Shown one piece after another: positions 38,051 through 48,408 of a stretch of 64,000 nucleotides of DNA (the stretch's first letter is position 1; each line of letters starts with the position of its first letter). The notes beneath the pieces are model-generated. The model did no database searches, was not told where the DNA came from, and was given only the letters and a program-made list of their open reading frames with translations. Origin of the DNA: a virus; IMG/VR virus record IMGVR_UViG_3300042544_002482, positions 1-64,000 of that record; one strand, given 5' to 3'. A program made the position numbers and the translations under genes.

Positions 38051-39391
38051 CTATAATGTTTTAAACCAATTTATAAATTCAATTGGCATATATTCTTCTA
38101 TTGGTTTATTTCTTCTTATTGAATATTGATTAACGAATTTTTTAAGGTCGTTTATTTTATTTTCAGTACTATCACTATCCTCATAGGATATGTCAACTTG
38201 TCTCAAGTATAAAACCAATCTGTCAAAATGATTTACTTCCCATTCTTCCATCCATGGTTTATTACTAATAACCGATGATTCAATATTATCTGCCAATAAG
38301 TTTTTTATGTTTTGGTCAATCATATTAATACTTTGAAACGAAGGGAACCTTAAAATATTTACACTCATTGAGAATGTATGGATATTATTTAATTCTTTTC
38401 TCCATTTAACAATTTCATCTAAAAACAAGTCTACAGTCCAAATACTTAAGACACTAATTGTCATCATAATATTAAGTCTTCTAACCTTTTTGGATTTTTC
38501 GACTTTGAACATATTGTCTTTCCATAAATCCCACTTAAATCCATCTCTAACGAATTCCTGGTGTTTACCGAAACATTCGGCTGAGGTATAGATGTCCAAC
38601 GACTTAAACTTATCAGAAGAATTTAGTAACCTATAAAGTCTCTCATCGTCCATAATGAGATTACTATTAACCGCAAAGTCAAACTTATCATTATTACAAA
38701 CATCCAACAGTTTCCAAAATGAAGGACTTCTTGATGGTTCACCACCAGATACTCTTAGTTCCATTAACTCTCCCCTTATTTCTTCGAACCAATTGAAAAA
38801 GTTATTTACGTAGATGTTGTCTTCATTTTTATTACCGAACGGCATGGCAATTGAACCGTCACTTTTATATGTTAGTCCACCATTAGTTTTCATTCCCTCA
38901 TATTCACCATTGTTCAAAATATCTTTGGACCAGGTTGAACTGAACTCTGAATTACAGTAGCTACAAGCCAAATTACAAAGATTATCGAAACAGATTTCAA
39001 TCGTTTTAGGTATCACATTCGCGTCCCACGGCATTGTTTTAATTTTTTCAATGTCTTCCTTGGTATACCTAGATGTTTGGTACATTCTATCACTAAAAAT
39101 ATTTGGGTTGTCTTTTGCCGCATCCTCCACTCTCCAACAATATGAACATTCTTTTGGTCTAACACCTTCTAACATCTCCTTTCTTCTTTCTTTCTTGAAG
39201 TTGGTATTATGTAGGGCGGATGGATTACTATTTAACTCATCTAATGGAATTGGATGTGCTAGTGGGTGGTGACAAGATGCGGTTTTACCGTTACCTAACC
39301 ATATAGATACGTTATACCATTTCGCAGCACAAAAAGAGGACGAAAAATCGTCCATCAATTTTTTAATTTCGGTATAGGGTATATTAGACAT
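38051..39391 (-). CDS. radical SAM with N-terminal twitch-like domain (FCxAKW/SCHHP subtype)
   Basis: FCAAKW, SCHHP, ECSYCW; CNLACSYC; SGGEP. Confidence 0.9.
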   Translation of the reverse strand: MSNIPYTEIKKLMDDFSSSFCAAKWYNVSIWLGNGKTASCHHPLAHPIPLDELNSNPSALHNTNFKKERRKEMLEGVRPKECSYCWRVEDAAKDNPNIFSDRMYQTSRYTKEDIEKIKTMPWDANVIPKTIEICFDNLCNLACSYCNSEFSSTWSKDILNNGEYEGMKTNGGLTYKSDGSIAMPFGNKNEDNIYVNNFFNWFEEIRGELMELRVSGGEPSRSPSFWKLLDVCNNDKFDFAVNSNLIMDDERLYRLLNSSDKFKSLDIYTSAECFGKHQEFVRDGFKWDLWKDNMFKVEKSKKVRRLNIMMTISVLSIWTVDLFLDEIVKWRKELNNIHTFSMSVNILRFPSFQSINMIDQNIKNLLADNIESSVISNKPWMEEWEVNHFDRLVLYLRQVDISYEDSDSTENKINDLKKFVNQYSIRRNKPIEEYMPIEFINWFKTL

Positions 39392-40032
39392 TAAATGATT
39401 TTTTGTTTTGGTGCGACATTATTAAACATATCGATTGATTTATTAACATATTCTGGGTCTTCGATTAGAATTCCGTGATTTCCATTCCCACTATTGTCGA
39501 ATGTTTTAAACTTAGAATTTTCTTCGAAATTCATATTAATATACATATTTTTATCCGTATAATCAACTAACGTGTTATATATAATTATGTTATTAATGTC
39601 ACCATTAAACCATTTATCGTTTTCACCGTTAAATGGATATAGGGACCCAATTAAGAGTCTTTTTTCTGAATAATCAATAATATCACCTTTAACTTTAGAA
39701 TCCATTAAAACGTCATTAAAATACAAACCAATCGATTCTGATACCGTTACCTTTATATTCATTCTTTGTTTAATGTCATCAATTATAAATCTAACATCAT
39801 TATATCTATTTCCGGTTGTGTACCAAACAAATTTCACTATGTTAGGTAGTTCTAAAAATAAACCCATTGGGTGACCATCTTTAGAAATGATTGTTGCTTC
39901 GTTATCTACAAAATCAAATAACCTAAAATCAGCTATAATTGTAAAGTTATTTTCAATTGAAGAATAATCTTTAACGTTAGTGTTGTTCTTAGTTTTATTT
40001 GGTATGTAGTATGATGTTTTATTGAATATCAT
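39391..40032 (-). CDS. LamG/concanavalin A-like domain protein
   Basis: FTI, LLIG...FNGDINNIIIYN, DNSGNGNHG. Confidence 0.7.
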   Translation of the reverse strand: MIFNKTSYYIPNKTKNNTNVKDYSSIENNFTIIADFRLFDFVDNEATIISKDGHPMGLFLELPNIVKFVWYTTGNRYNDVRFIIDDIKQRMNIKVTVSESIGLYFNDVLMDSKVKGDIIDYSEKRLLIGSLYPFNGENDKWFNGDINNIIIYNTLVDYTDKNMYINMNFEENSKFKTFDNSGNGNHGILIEDPEYVNKSIDMFNNVAPKQKII

Positions 40033-41401
40033 GGTAAAATTTTTCTAATTCAGGGAATGTTTTAACAAAATTGGTTCCTCTTCTTCTATCGTGTTCGTCA
40101 ACAAAGATTTTAAAATCTTTTTTGTTTGTTTTTAACCAATCGTCCTCTTCTTTTACTAGCATCCAATCGTGAATTCTATTTAACTTATTAATTTCTATAT
40201 CCGTAAAACCGTACCCATCCATTCCAACTCTTATCTGTTCATAAAAATCCATTAGTTGTGCTTGTTCTTTAACTTCTTTTACCCAATCATCACCTAAAAT
40301 CTTTACGGTTTGATATTCTGGGTGTCTCAAATATGATGAGTCTAAAATGATAGATGATCCGTAATATCTATATGGGTTATGGTATTCTTCTTTTAGTTTA
40401 TAAACATTTTTAATTAAGTCCTTATATCTTGGTACCGATAGTGCGTTATATGTGGACATTATAATGATTGTCAATGTTGGTATTTCTTTTAATAGAATAT
40501 TGATTCGATCCCATACTAAATTAAAAGTCATCCCGTTTCTGATATATTCTGCTTGATTACCCCACGTATCGACACTAGTGAATACGATTACCTCGTTAAC
40601 TCTATCTTCATCTATTATTCTTTTTATTTTGTTTAAAAATTCATTGAATAACTTATCAGGTGCACCTAAATTGGTGTTTATTGAAAAATTCAAATTTTTG
40701 TTTGGGTTGGGGTTATCGATAATGTAATCCAACACTTTAAACGTATCTTTTGAAAGTAGCGGTTCTCCTCCAGTAATTCTAAACGTGTGTAAATCTCGAT
40801 ATAAATCCGGCCACCATTTCCAAAATGATTCAACATAAGGGTTAAATTCATTATGTGGGATTGGCATCTTATTCTCACTTTTTAACCATTCAAGATTACC
40901 GAACTCATTCGATGTTGGGTACTTCCCGTGTTGTAATATCTCCTGCATCCACTGAGATGAGTAAGATGGACCACAATAAGAACATTTGTAGTTACAATGA
41001 TTACTAAATGCCACCTCAACATATTTTGGGTTATAATTGTTATTCCAATTAAGGTTTTTTATTTCATCTATAAATGGTTTAGACCATGGTTCAGACGATT
41101 TGTATGTCCTATCTGAAAAGGCGTTTGATGAATCCTCAATGTTCCAACAATATGAACATTCTTTGGGTTTACCACCTTCTAACATTTCTTTCCTCTGTTC
41201 TTTTTTAAATTGTGTATTGTGTAAAGCCGAGGGATTATTTTTTAATTCTTCTAAGGGTATGAAATGTGGTGACGGGTGGTGACACGAATGTGTTTGACCC
41301 ATTTGTAGGTGTAAAGTTACTTGTGTCCATTTTGCTAAACAAAATCCACACCCCACAGAATTTAATTCTTTTCTTGTCTTCTCAAAAATTTCGTTTAACA
41401 T
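40019..41401 (-). CDS. radical SAM with N-terminal twitch-like domain (FCxAKW/SCHHP subtype)
   Basis: FCLAKW, SCHHP, ECSYCW; CNYKCSYC; TGGEP. Confidence 0.9.
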   Translation of the reverse strand: MLNEIFEKTRKELNSVGCGFCLAKWTQVTLHLQMGQTHSCHHPSPHFIPLEELKNNPSALHNTQFKKEQRKEMLEGGKPKECSYCWNIEDSSNAFSDRTYKSSEPWSKPFIDEIKNLNWNNNYNPKYVEVAFSNHCNYKCSYCGPSYSSQWMQEILQHGKYPTSNEFGNLEWLKSENKMPIPHNEFNPYVESFWKWWPDLYRDLHTFRITGGEPLLSKDTFKVLDYIIDNPNPNKNLNFSINTNLGAPDKLFNEFLNKIKRIIDEDRVNEVIVFTSVDTWGNQAEYIRNGMTFNLVWDRINILLKEIPTLTIIIMSTYNALSVPRYKDLIKNVYKLKEEYHNPYRYYGSSIILDSSYLRHPEYQTVKILGDDWVKEVKEQAQLMDFYEQIRVGMDGYGFTDIEINKLNRIHDWMLVKEEDDWLKTNKKDFKIFVDEHDRRRGTNFVKTFPELEKFYHDIQ

Positions 41402-41404
41402 TTT

Positions 41405-41986
41405 TTATATTTTATGTATGAAGTTACAGTTATTTGTTAAGTCATAACTTTTATTATGAATGAATTTTTCAAATGTGTGTTCAGATATGAGTGCCCCATC
41501 TTTTTTAATTGATAGGTATGAAATGGTACCATCAAAATAATTTAAATTGTAATCATTCTTTGGGAAATTACCAGAACCAAAGATTATGTGAGGTTTATTA
41601 TCCTCAATTAAATTAGTTTTTAAAGTAATATCAAATATCAATTCATTGTTGATGGTTACTTTAATATCGTTACCATCTTTTGTTATTTCTAATCTATATT
41701 TTTTATTTGGTTCCCATCCATAATTCTTAGTTAGGTATTTTGTTTCATCTCCCTCTTCATTGAAAATTACTAACAATCCACTTATTTCAATATCAATACC
41801 GAAGTACGTTGGTAACTTGGCAAATAACGTCATTTTATTTGTTACCACATCTGATAATTGAAATTCAATTAAGAAATTAAAGTTTCCCCTATAGTCAAAG
41901 ATTTTATTACTTGGGTAATCAATAAAATTATCAGCAAGAAAATCTGGCCACATTACCCATATGTTTTCTTTATTTATTTTTAACAT
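41405..41986 (-). CDS. LamG/concanavalin A-like domain protein
   Basis: IIFG...YFDGTISYLSI; beta-rich. Confidence 0.6.
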   Translation of the reverse strand: MLKINKENIWVMWPDFLADNFIDYPSNKIFDYRGNFNFLIEFQLSDVVTNKMTLFAKLPTYFGIDIEISGLLVIFNEEGDETKYLTKNYGWEPNKKYRLEITKDGNDIKVTINNELIFDITLKTNLIEDNKPHIIFGSGNFPKNDYNLNYFDGTISYLSIKKDGALISEHTFEKFIHNKSYDLTNNCNFIHKI

Positions 41987-43352
41987 CGTAATAAAAGTTT
42001 TTTAGTTCTGGAAAAGTTAGAATGAAATTTGTACCTCTTCTTTCATCATATTCATCAACAAACGATACAAAGTCTTTTCTATTTTGTTCCACATCAAATG
42101 TTTCATCTTCAGCAATTGAGTAATCGTAGATTCTTTTTATTTTTTGAACTTCAACATCGGAAAACCCTACGTTATCGTGATTAAATTCTGGTGTTGCATA
42201 ATAGAATGCTTTTTTGGCTGATTCTAAAATAAGTTCTTTGTGTTCTCTTTCTAATATTTTTACCGATAGATGTTTTGGCCATCTTAAATACGATGTGTCT
42301 AATTGTATTGCCGATATCCAATATCTAACATTGTTTGCATGTTTTTTCTTCATATCGAATATTTGTTCAATAACATCCCCATATGTGAAAACTGATAAGG
42401 CGTTAAATGTTGCCATTACGTTAATTGTTACTTTAGGTAATTTTGTTAGTATCTTATCTATGTTATTCCAAAATTTTTCATAATCTAAACCAAACCTAAC
42501 ATATTCCGCTTGTTTATCTTTAGCCTCTACCGATGTGAAAATGATTAATTCTTTTATCTTATTATTATTACACAAATCCTCGGCAATCTCAATAAACTTA
42601 TCTATTAAATTATCGGGTACTCCTAAATTACTATTAATGGCTAAAGATAGGTTGGGGTTTTGTTCCCAATTTGTTTGTATGTACTCTAAAACTTTAAATG
42701 TATCTTTCGCCAATAGAGGTTCACCACCTGTGATTCTAAACGTATGTAAGTCTTTATAAAGATTTGGCCACCATTCCCAAAAGGCTTCCAAATATGGATT
42801 ATGTTCGGAATGTTTATATGGCATTTCTTTTTTTAACTCCAATTCCTCTATGTTGTTGTAGTTGGTTGAAGTTTTATATCCGCCATACTTTTCAATTTCT
42901 TCCACCCATTTTGAAGAGTACTGTGGTCCACAATATGCACATTTAAAGTTACATGTGTTAGAAAAAGAAACCTCAACATATCTTGGATTAAAATTTTCTC
43001 TCCAGTTTAATTCTTTTATTTCGTTGAAGTGTGGCATAGACCATTGTTCAGACGATTTAAAAACACGATCCGAAAAATTACTACTATTATCCTCGATATT
43101 CCAACAGTACCCACATTCTTTGGGTTTATTACCCTCCAACATTTCTTTTCTCTGTCTTTTTTTATACAGAGTATTGTGTAGTGCAGATGGGTCCCTTTTT
43201 ATCTCAGATATCGGTATCTTATGTTGAGCGGGGTGGTGACATGAGTGTGTTAAACCAATACCTAAATGCATAGTTACTTGTGTCCATTTTGCTAAACAAA
43301 ATCCACAACCAACCCCATCTAATAAATCCTTCGTATCTTTAAAATTATTCAT
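41970..43352 (-). CDS. radical SAM with N-terminal twitch-like domain (FCxAKW/SCHHP subtype)
   Basis: FCLAKW, SCHHP, ECGYCW; CNFKCAYC; TGGEP. Confidence 0.9.
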   Translation of the reverse strand: MNNFKDTKDLLDGVGCGFCLAKWTQVTMHLGIGLTHSCHHPAQHKIPISEIKRDPSALHNTLYKKRQRKEMLEGNKPKECGYCWNIEDNSSNFSDRVFKSSEQWSMPHFNEIKELNWRENFNPRYVEVSFSNTCNFKCAYCGPQYSSKWVEEIEKYGGYKTSTNYNNIEELELKKEMPYKHSEHNPYLEAFWEWWPNLYKDLHTFRITGGEPLLAKDTFKVLEYIQTNWEQNPNLSLAINSNLGVPDNLIDKFIEIAEDLCNNNKIKELIIFTSVEAKDKQAEYVRFGLDYEKFWNNIDKILTKLPKVTINVMATFNALSVFTYGDVIEQIFDMKKKHANNVRYWISAIQLDTSYLRWPKHLSVKILEREHKELILESAKKAFYYATPEFNHDNVGFSDVEVQKIKRIYDYSIAEDETFDVEQNRKDFVSFVDEYDERRGTNFILTFPELKNFYYDVKNK

Positions 43353-44546
43353 TTAAAACATTATTTCAATCCAAGGACAAATTTCTTTATAGTCTGTGTT
43401 TCTCATACTATCTAATTTTTCCAAGTATTCTTTTAGGTCGTCTTTATTTTGGTTACCTCTTATTAATGAGGAGTCTATTTTTAAATGATTAATAAAATCA
43501 TTCATAATTGTCACAATTTTACTATAGTATTCTTTTTTACTTAGATTTTCATTAATGTAATCAATGACTTTGTTTTTAAATTCAATCGGCGCAGCACCTA
43601 CCGCAAACCAATAAGGTGTCGTTGCCCAGTGAATATGAATCAAATCTTTTTTTGTATAATTGTTTTCTAAAACATAATCAATAAAATCAAAGGTATGAAA
43701 TATATTCATCATTGTTATGGTATATTCAATCTCAGCATTTACATTTGGATTTGTTAAGTTAAAATCTGAGATTTTTTTCATGTTATCAAAAAACTTATCA
43801 GATATGAATCCAGTTCTTTGAAACTCACCAACCTTTCCATAACCATCACAAGAACAACCCACAATAACATTCTTAAATTTTTTTAATGATTCAAGAATGT
43901 CTATATTTTTATATTTTAAATTGGATAAGTTTGTGTTTATATAAACATTTATATTTTTTGATTGGTCTTCACTAAACCTATCAATTAATTTGAACACATC
44001 TTCATTAATGAAAGGTTCTCCACCTGCAAAGTAAAGGTGTTCGATATGGTTTAAATCTTCGTCTGAGAATTTATTAACTGGGTCGTCACCTATTTTATAT
44101 GATTTACTAAAAAGTTTACTCACACCTTCACCATATATTTCAACTAAATCATCATACCAAGAAGATGAAAGTGTTGGTCCACACATTCTACATTTGAAAT
44201 TACATAAATTAGAAAACCTAACATCTAAGTATTGTAATTTATTTACCGAATAATCCTCATTGAATAGTGTTGGGTCTTCGAATTTATCTTTCCAGTTATT
44301 ATTCCACACATCTTTCAGTGTGTTACCCTTTTTAAAACAAATATCACATGGTTTAGGTGTTATACCATTATCCATGTCTTCTCTTAACTTTTTGAATTGT
44401 TTACTGTTCAATATGCCCATTACATTATCATGGTCGGACCATTTTAATTCCTCTTCAAAATTATCAGCAATACAACAGGGTCTTACCAGTCCATCTGGGT
44501 TAACATATAATGAGGTATATGCTAATATACATTGGGTGTCTTTCAT
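43353..44546 (-). CDS. radical SAM with N-terminal twitch-like domain
   Basis: C..PCC..CDIC; CNFKCRMC; AGGEP. Confidence 0.9.
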   Translation of the reverse strand: MKDTQCILAYTSLYVNPDGLVRPCCIADNFEEELKWSDHDNVMGILNSKQFKKLREDMDNGITPKPCDICFKKGNTLKDVWNNNWKDKFEDPTLFNEDYSVNKLQYLDVRFSNLCNFKCRMCGPTLSSSWYDDLVEIYGEGVSKLFSKSYKIGDDPVNKFSDEDLNHIEHLYFAGGEPFINEDVFKLIDRFSEDQSKNINVYINTNLSNLKYKNIDILESLKKFKNVIVGCSCDGYGKVGEFQRTGFISDKFFDNMKKISDFNLTNPNVNAEIEYTITMMNIFHTFDFIDYVLENNYTKKDLIHIHWATTPYWFAVGAAPIEFKNKVIDYINENLSKKEYYSKIVTIMNDFINHLKIDSSLIRGNQNKDDLKEYLEKLDSMRNTDYKEICPWIEIMF

Positions 44547-45940
44547 TTCATTTTACAATTTATAATTTTAGTGTTAGGGTATGTTGAGTTGTCAACATTA
44601 TCCACGTCTAACACATTTAATATTTGTGATAAACCATCATTTTTATAATCAATCTTTCTTTGTTGCATTTCAGTCACAAATCGTTTTTCATTTCTTGCTG
44701 TCGTTTCACCTTTAGCCCATCTTCCATGTATAAACCCCTCATCTACGTGTGGTAAACAATAAAAAGAACCTTCACGTCTGAATGGGATTACGTTTTCGAT
44801 AATTTCAATATCCTCATTTGTGATTTGAATGTTTTGTTTAATAATATTTTCATTATTTAAATCAAGACTTAAAACTACGTTATCAACATTTGTTGGTATG
44901 TCGTTAATGTCTTTAAAAAATCTATCATAAATCTTAAAATCGGATATCTTACCTTTATATCTTGTGTTTACTTGTGGACAAAATCCCAATATAAATGGTT
45001 TTATTGCATCATGTGTTTTTAAATCGTTTTTTACTAGGAACGGTATATTTTGTTTTATTCCGTTAATGTGACAAATTAACTCGTCATTAATATAAAGATA
45101 TACATTTTTTTCTTCACTATTATAACTAAATGTAACTTGTGTCCACATACCCTCAAATCTCTTAGCCCAATTATAGTGGTTTCGATTGTCTCTATCGAAA
45201 ACCTGAGCGGTAACGGCTCTAGAGTTGTTGAAGGATAAACCCCAGGTCCAACTACCGTCCTTTCTTAATAAAGGGTATTCAATAAAACGTTTGTTTTCGT
45301 CACCAACTAACCAAATCGGAACCTTTTCGTCCTGTTGTTCTGCGTTAAATGTTAATGTTATTGTATGATCATTATGTAAACAAGAACTGATTTCACGATT
45401 TGTTGGTATGAAAATTGCCGATGAGTCACCATCAAAATTAGCAACAATTTTGTTTTTTTCAGTTTTAACTGTTCTTCCAGTTGTCATTTCTTCAAAATAA
45501 CATCTCCAGAATAAGTCGTCATCTTCTTGACCCCAATCCCAATACTCATTAGAATAACCATTTATGGTTTTCGCTTGTTCTTTAGTGAATAATACAACAC
45601 CACCGAAGTATTGGTCATAACCTAAACCGTATTGATACTTGGATAACTTAGTTGCTATGTGTATCGGATTATTTTCTGGATATGAATAGTCACATTCTTC
45701 ATGTGGTAACATATCAACATCGTGCCAAGCGATGTAATCACAACCATCATTAAACGCATATTCAGCTGCAATATTTTTCATTGCACCTCTATTGAATAAT
45801 TTATCATCAACCTGATGTCCAACATAAAATTCATGTTCAATACCTTGTTGAGTTAAGTGTTTACTTAGGTGTGGAACCAATCTTTCTAAATGTTCCTTTC
45901 TATTTCTGTATGGTATACATATACCTAATTTATGTCTCAT
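44543..45940 (-). CDS. GT7 (beta-1,4-galactosyltransferase-like) with LamG insertion
   Basis: PYRNR, FNRG, HDVD, YFGGV, W.WG.EDDD, then FDG...YKGKISDFKIYDR. Confidence 0.85.
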   Translation of the reverse strand: MRHKLGICIPYRNRKEHLERLVPHLSKHLTQQGIEHEFYVGHQVDDKLFNRGAMKNIAAEYAFNDGCDYIAWHDVDMLPHEECDYSYPENNPIHIATKLSKYQYGLGYDQYFGGVVLFTKEQAKTINGYSNEYWDWGQEDDDLFWRCYFEEMTTGRTVKTEKNKIVANFDGDSSAIFIPTNREISSCLHNDHTITLTFNAEQQDEKVPIWLVGDENKRFIEYPLLRKDGSWTWGLSFNNSRAVTAQVFDRDNRNHYNWAKRFEGMWTQVTFSYNSEEKNVYLYINDELICHINGIKQNIPFLVKNDLKTHDAIKPFILGFCPQVNTRYKGKISDFKIYDRFFKDINDIPTNVDNVVLSLDLNNENIIKQNIQITNEDIEIIENVIPFRREGSFYCLPHVDEGFIHGRWAKGETTARNEKRFVTEMQQRKIDYKNDGLSQILNVLDVDNVDNSTYPNTKIINCKMK

Positions 45941-47361
45941 AATCCCACATTAATTTGCGTTATTTTATTTCTTTTTTCTTTTCCGTGTATGTGATAGGTT
46001 AACGTTGATAAACCATCACCATTTAATAGGTCATCATTAATTGAAACCTCGTTGTGGAATCTTAATTGATTCCATCTAGTTGCCTGATCTTTCCATTTGT
46101 TACCTAAAAACCCATTCTCTTCGTGTGTTAAGGATTTAAATGTAGATTTTCTTCTATGTGGTATTTTTATATTGGTATACTCATCAAAATTAACATCCAC
46201 AATTTCACATTTTTTTATCACACCATCGTTAGTACCTTTTAAATCCACCAATTTATAATTTTCAATAAAATTCGCATCATAATATGTTACCAATGACGAT
46301 GAAGATTTATAACTTCCAAAATTTTTAGTTAATAACTCCGTTTCGTTATGTGATATGTCCTTTATTTCATCATCATTAAGAATGTCATCGTAATATGCAA
46401 AACTATCTATAGTACCTCTAAAAAAATTAGGTATACCCACTCTATCTGGTTTACCTACACCTAAGTAGAACTTCTTTTCTTTGTTGTAGAATAATAATTT
46501 TTTAAATGTTGGGGTTTCTCCTATGAAATAACCATCTTGGTATACTTTTATTTTATTATCAATTTTATCTAAAACAACTACTATATTTGTTTTATAGTTT
46601 GGTTTAATAATTGAGTTTATGTATAAAGCGTTATGTTCGGAGTCGAATGTGCAAAAGTTATATCTAGAAAATGAATTATAACATATTGCAAAGTCCCAAC
46701 CAGGAATACTAAATGTGGTAAATTCATCGGATTCTTTTTCGTGATTTAAAGATAACTTATCAGGTCTAAATGATATAAAAAAAGTTGCATTATTATTTAC
46801 ATCAATAATATTATTACACTCCACATACGCATCTATTCCATTAAACTTTAATGTCTTTCCTTTCCTACCATAATTCTTTAGACGTAAAGTATCTAATTCA
46901 ATTCCTTTTCGTTCACACCTTAATAATAAATCATCATCCTCATAACCCCAACCCCAATATTTGTTAGAATATCCATCAATCTTAATAAAATCCTGCACCG
47001 TAAACATAGTAACCCCACCAAAATATTGGTCGAACACTTCTCTATTTTTTTCATCTTTTTGTAAGATGAAGTCTGTTGCTAAATGTAATGGAATATCTGA
47101 ATATGAATAATCAACATCTACTGGTAACATATCCACATCATGAAACACAACATAATCACATTTTAATTTTTTCGCCTCTACGAACCCAATGTTTAGGGTC
47201 ATACCTCGATTAAATTGTTTTGCGTTATCTTGATTAACCACAATTATTTCGTAGTTAATCTTACGTAGTTTCAAATAAATTTTAATACACGTTAAAAACC
47301 TATTTAAATGTTCTAGTCTATTTCGATATGGAACAATTATCCCTAATTTATGGTTATCCAT
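45937..47361 (-). CDS. GT7 (beta-1,4-galactosyltransferase-like) with LamG insertion
   Basis: PYRNR, FNRG, FHDVD, WGWGYEDDD, then LKFNGID...FRGTIDSFAYY. Confidence 0.85.
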   Translation of the reverse strand: MDNHKLGIIVPYRNRLEHLNRFLTCIKIYLKLRKINYEIIVVNQDNAKQFNRGMTLNIGFVEAKKLKCDYVVFHDVDMLPVDVDYSYSDIPLHLATDFILQKDEKNREVFDQYFGGVTMFTVQDFIKIDGYSNKYWGWGYEDDDLLLRCERKGIELDTLRLKNYGRKGKTLKFNGIDAYVECNNIIDVNNNATFFISFRPDKLSLNHEKESDEFTTFSIPGWDFAICYNSFSRYNFCTFDSEHNALYINSIIKPNYKTNIVVVLDKIDNKIKVYQDGYFIGETPTFKKLLFYNKEKKFYLGVGKPDRVGIPNFFRGTIDSFAYYDDILNDDEIKDISHNETELLTKNFGSYKSSSSLVTYYDANFIENYKLVDLKGTNDGVIKKCEIVDVNFDEYTNIKIPHRRKSTFKSLTHEENGFLGNKWKDQATRWNQLRFHNEVSINDDLLNGDGLSTLTYHIHGKEKRNKITQINVGL

Positions 47362-47560
47362 TTATAGTTGGGTCTTTTGGTTTGGTTGTATTGTGCCATT
47401 CCGATAGATAATATTGAATTCTATCACTCCATTCCTGTTTATCAACCTCTTCAAACCAAATGGTTAAAGCATCTAACGAATTAGCAATTTTTTCTAATGC
47501 CTTTACTTTTCTTGTTTCTAAGATTTGTTGTTCTTGTTCTTTTTCTACTTTTGTACTCAT
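47354..47560 (-). CDS. hypothetical protein
   Basis: 68-aa ORF overlapping both neighbours. Confidence 0.65.
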   Translation of the reverse strand: MSTKVEKEQEQQILETRKVKALEKIANSLDALTIWFEEVDKQEWSDRIQYYLSEWHNTTKPKDPTING

Positions 47561-48408
47561 ATTGATATTATTTTATTGTATAGTTTATTCCATTGTTTGT
47601 ATTGATTAAATTTTGGTTCTGTTAAATCTAAACCAAACATAAAATCTGGATTTGTTAAATCAATTTTAAATCTACATCTTCTTAGTTTATCATACATTAA
47701 CCTATATTCATCCGAATAAGCGTAAGGTTGTTTTATATTTGCAACATCTTTAATCCTATCGATTGATGTTCTATCCCATTTAAAATGGTGCACTTGTACG
47801 CTATTATGTTTTGATATTAGTGGGTGATTCCACCCTTGCCATCTCCATGTTGTATGTCCATCTAATTTGGCGTAATGTTGCCCTGACGTTAATTCAACGT
47901 GACCCTTTTTAATGCATATTTTATTTGGGTTGGCACCACTTAAAGGGTAACGGAAAAATCCCGCATTTGGGAATTGTTCCCATATTAGTTTGTCTTTTTT
48001 AATATCGACGAATTCACCGTCAATCCCAATTCTATCTATAAATCCACCTCTAACTAATACGTAACCATATTCATTACAACTTTTAATTATTGATGGTAAA
48101 TGGTCGTTTTCATATAAATGAAATTCATCAATATCCGCCACTACCCACCAATCGTTGGGGGATTTGTTTGTTACGAAGTTGTATAATTTTGTAACCTGTT
48201 CCCAATCAAAAATTCTATCCTTATGAACTTTAACAATTTTAACATTATCAAAATCACTAATAACCTCTTTTACCTCATTAACTAATAATGGGAATTCTTG
48301 GGTTTCATAAACAACAATATTAATTTCATCAACGTGAGATTGGTAATGATTAATAAAGTGTGGGAGTAATTCTATTCCGTGACCTATAACTGTAACTAAT
48401 CTAATCAT
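47557..48408 (-). CDS. GT-A/GT2-like glycosyltransferase
   Basis: LPHFINHY, W.VADIDEF, GQH, HHFKW. Confidence 0.75.
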   Translation of the reverse strand: MIRLVTVIGHGIELLPHFINHYQSHVDEINIVVYETQEFPLLVNEVKEVISDFDNVKIVKVHKDRIFDWEQVTKLYNFVTNKSPNDWWVVADIDEFHLYENDHLPSIIKSCNEYGYVLVRGGFIDRIGIDGEFVDIKKDKLIWEQFPNAGFFRYPLSGANPNKICIKKGHVELTSGQHYAKLDGHTTWRWQGWNHPLISKHNSVQVHHFKWDRTSIDRIKDVANIKQPYAYSDEYRLMYDKLRRCRFKIDLTNPDFMFGLDLTEPKFNQYKQWNKLYNKIISI

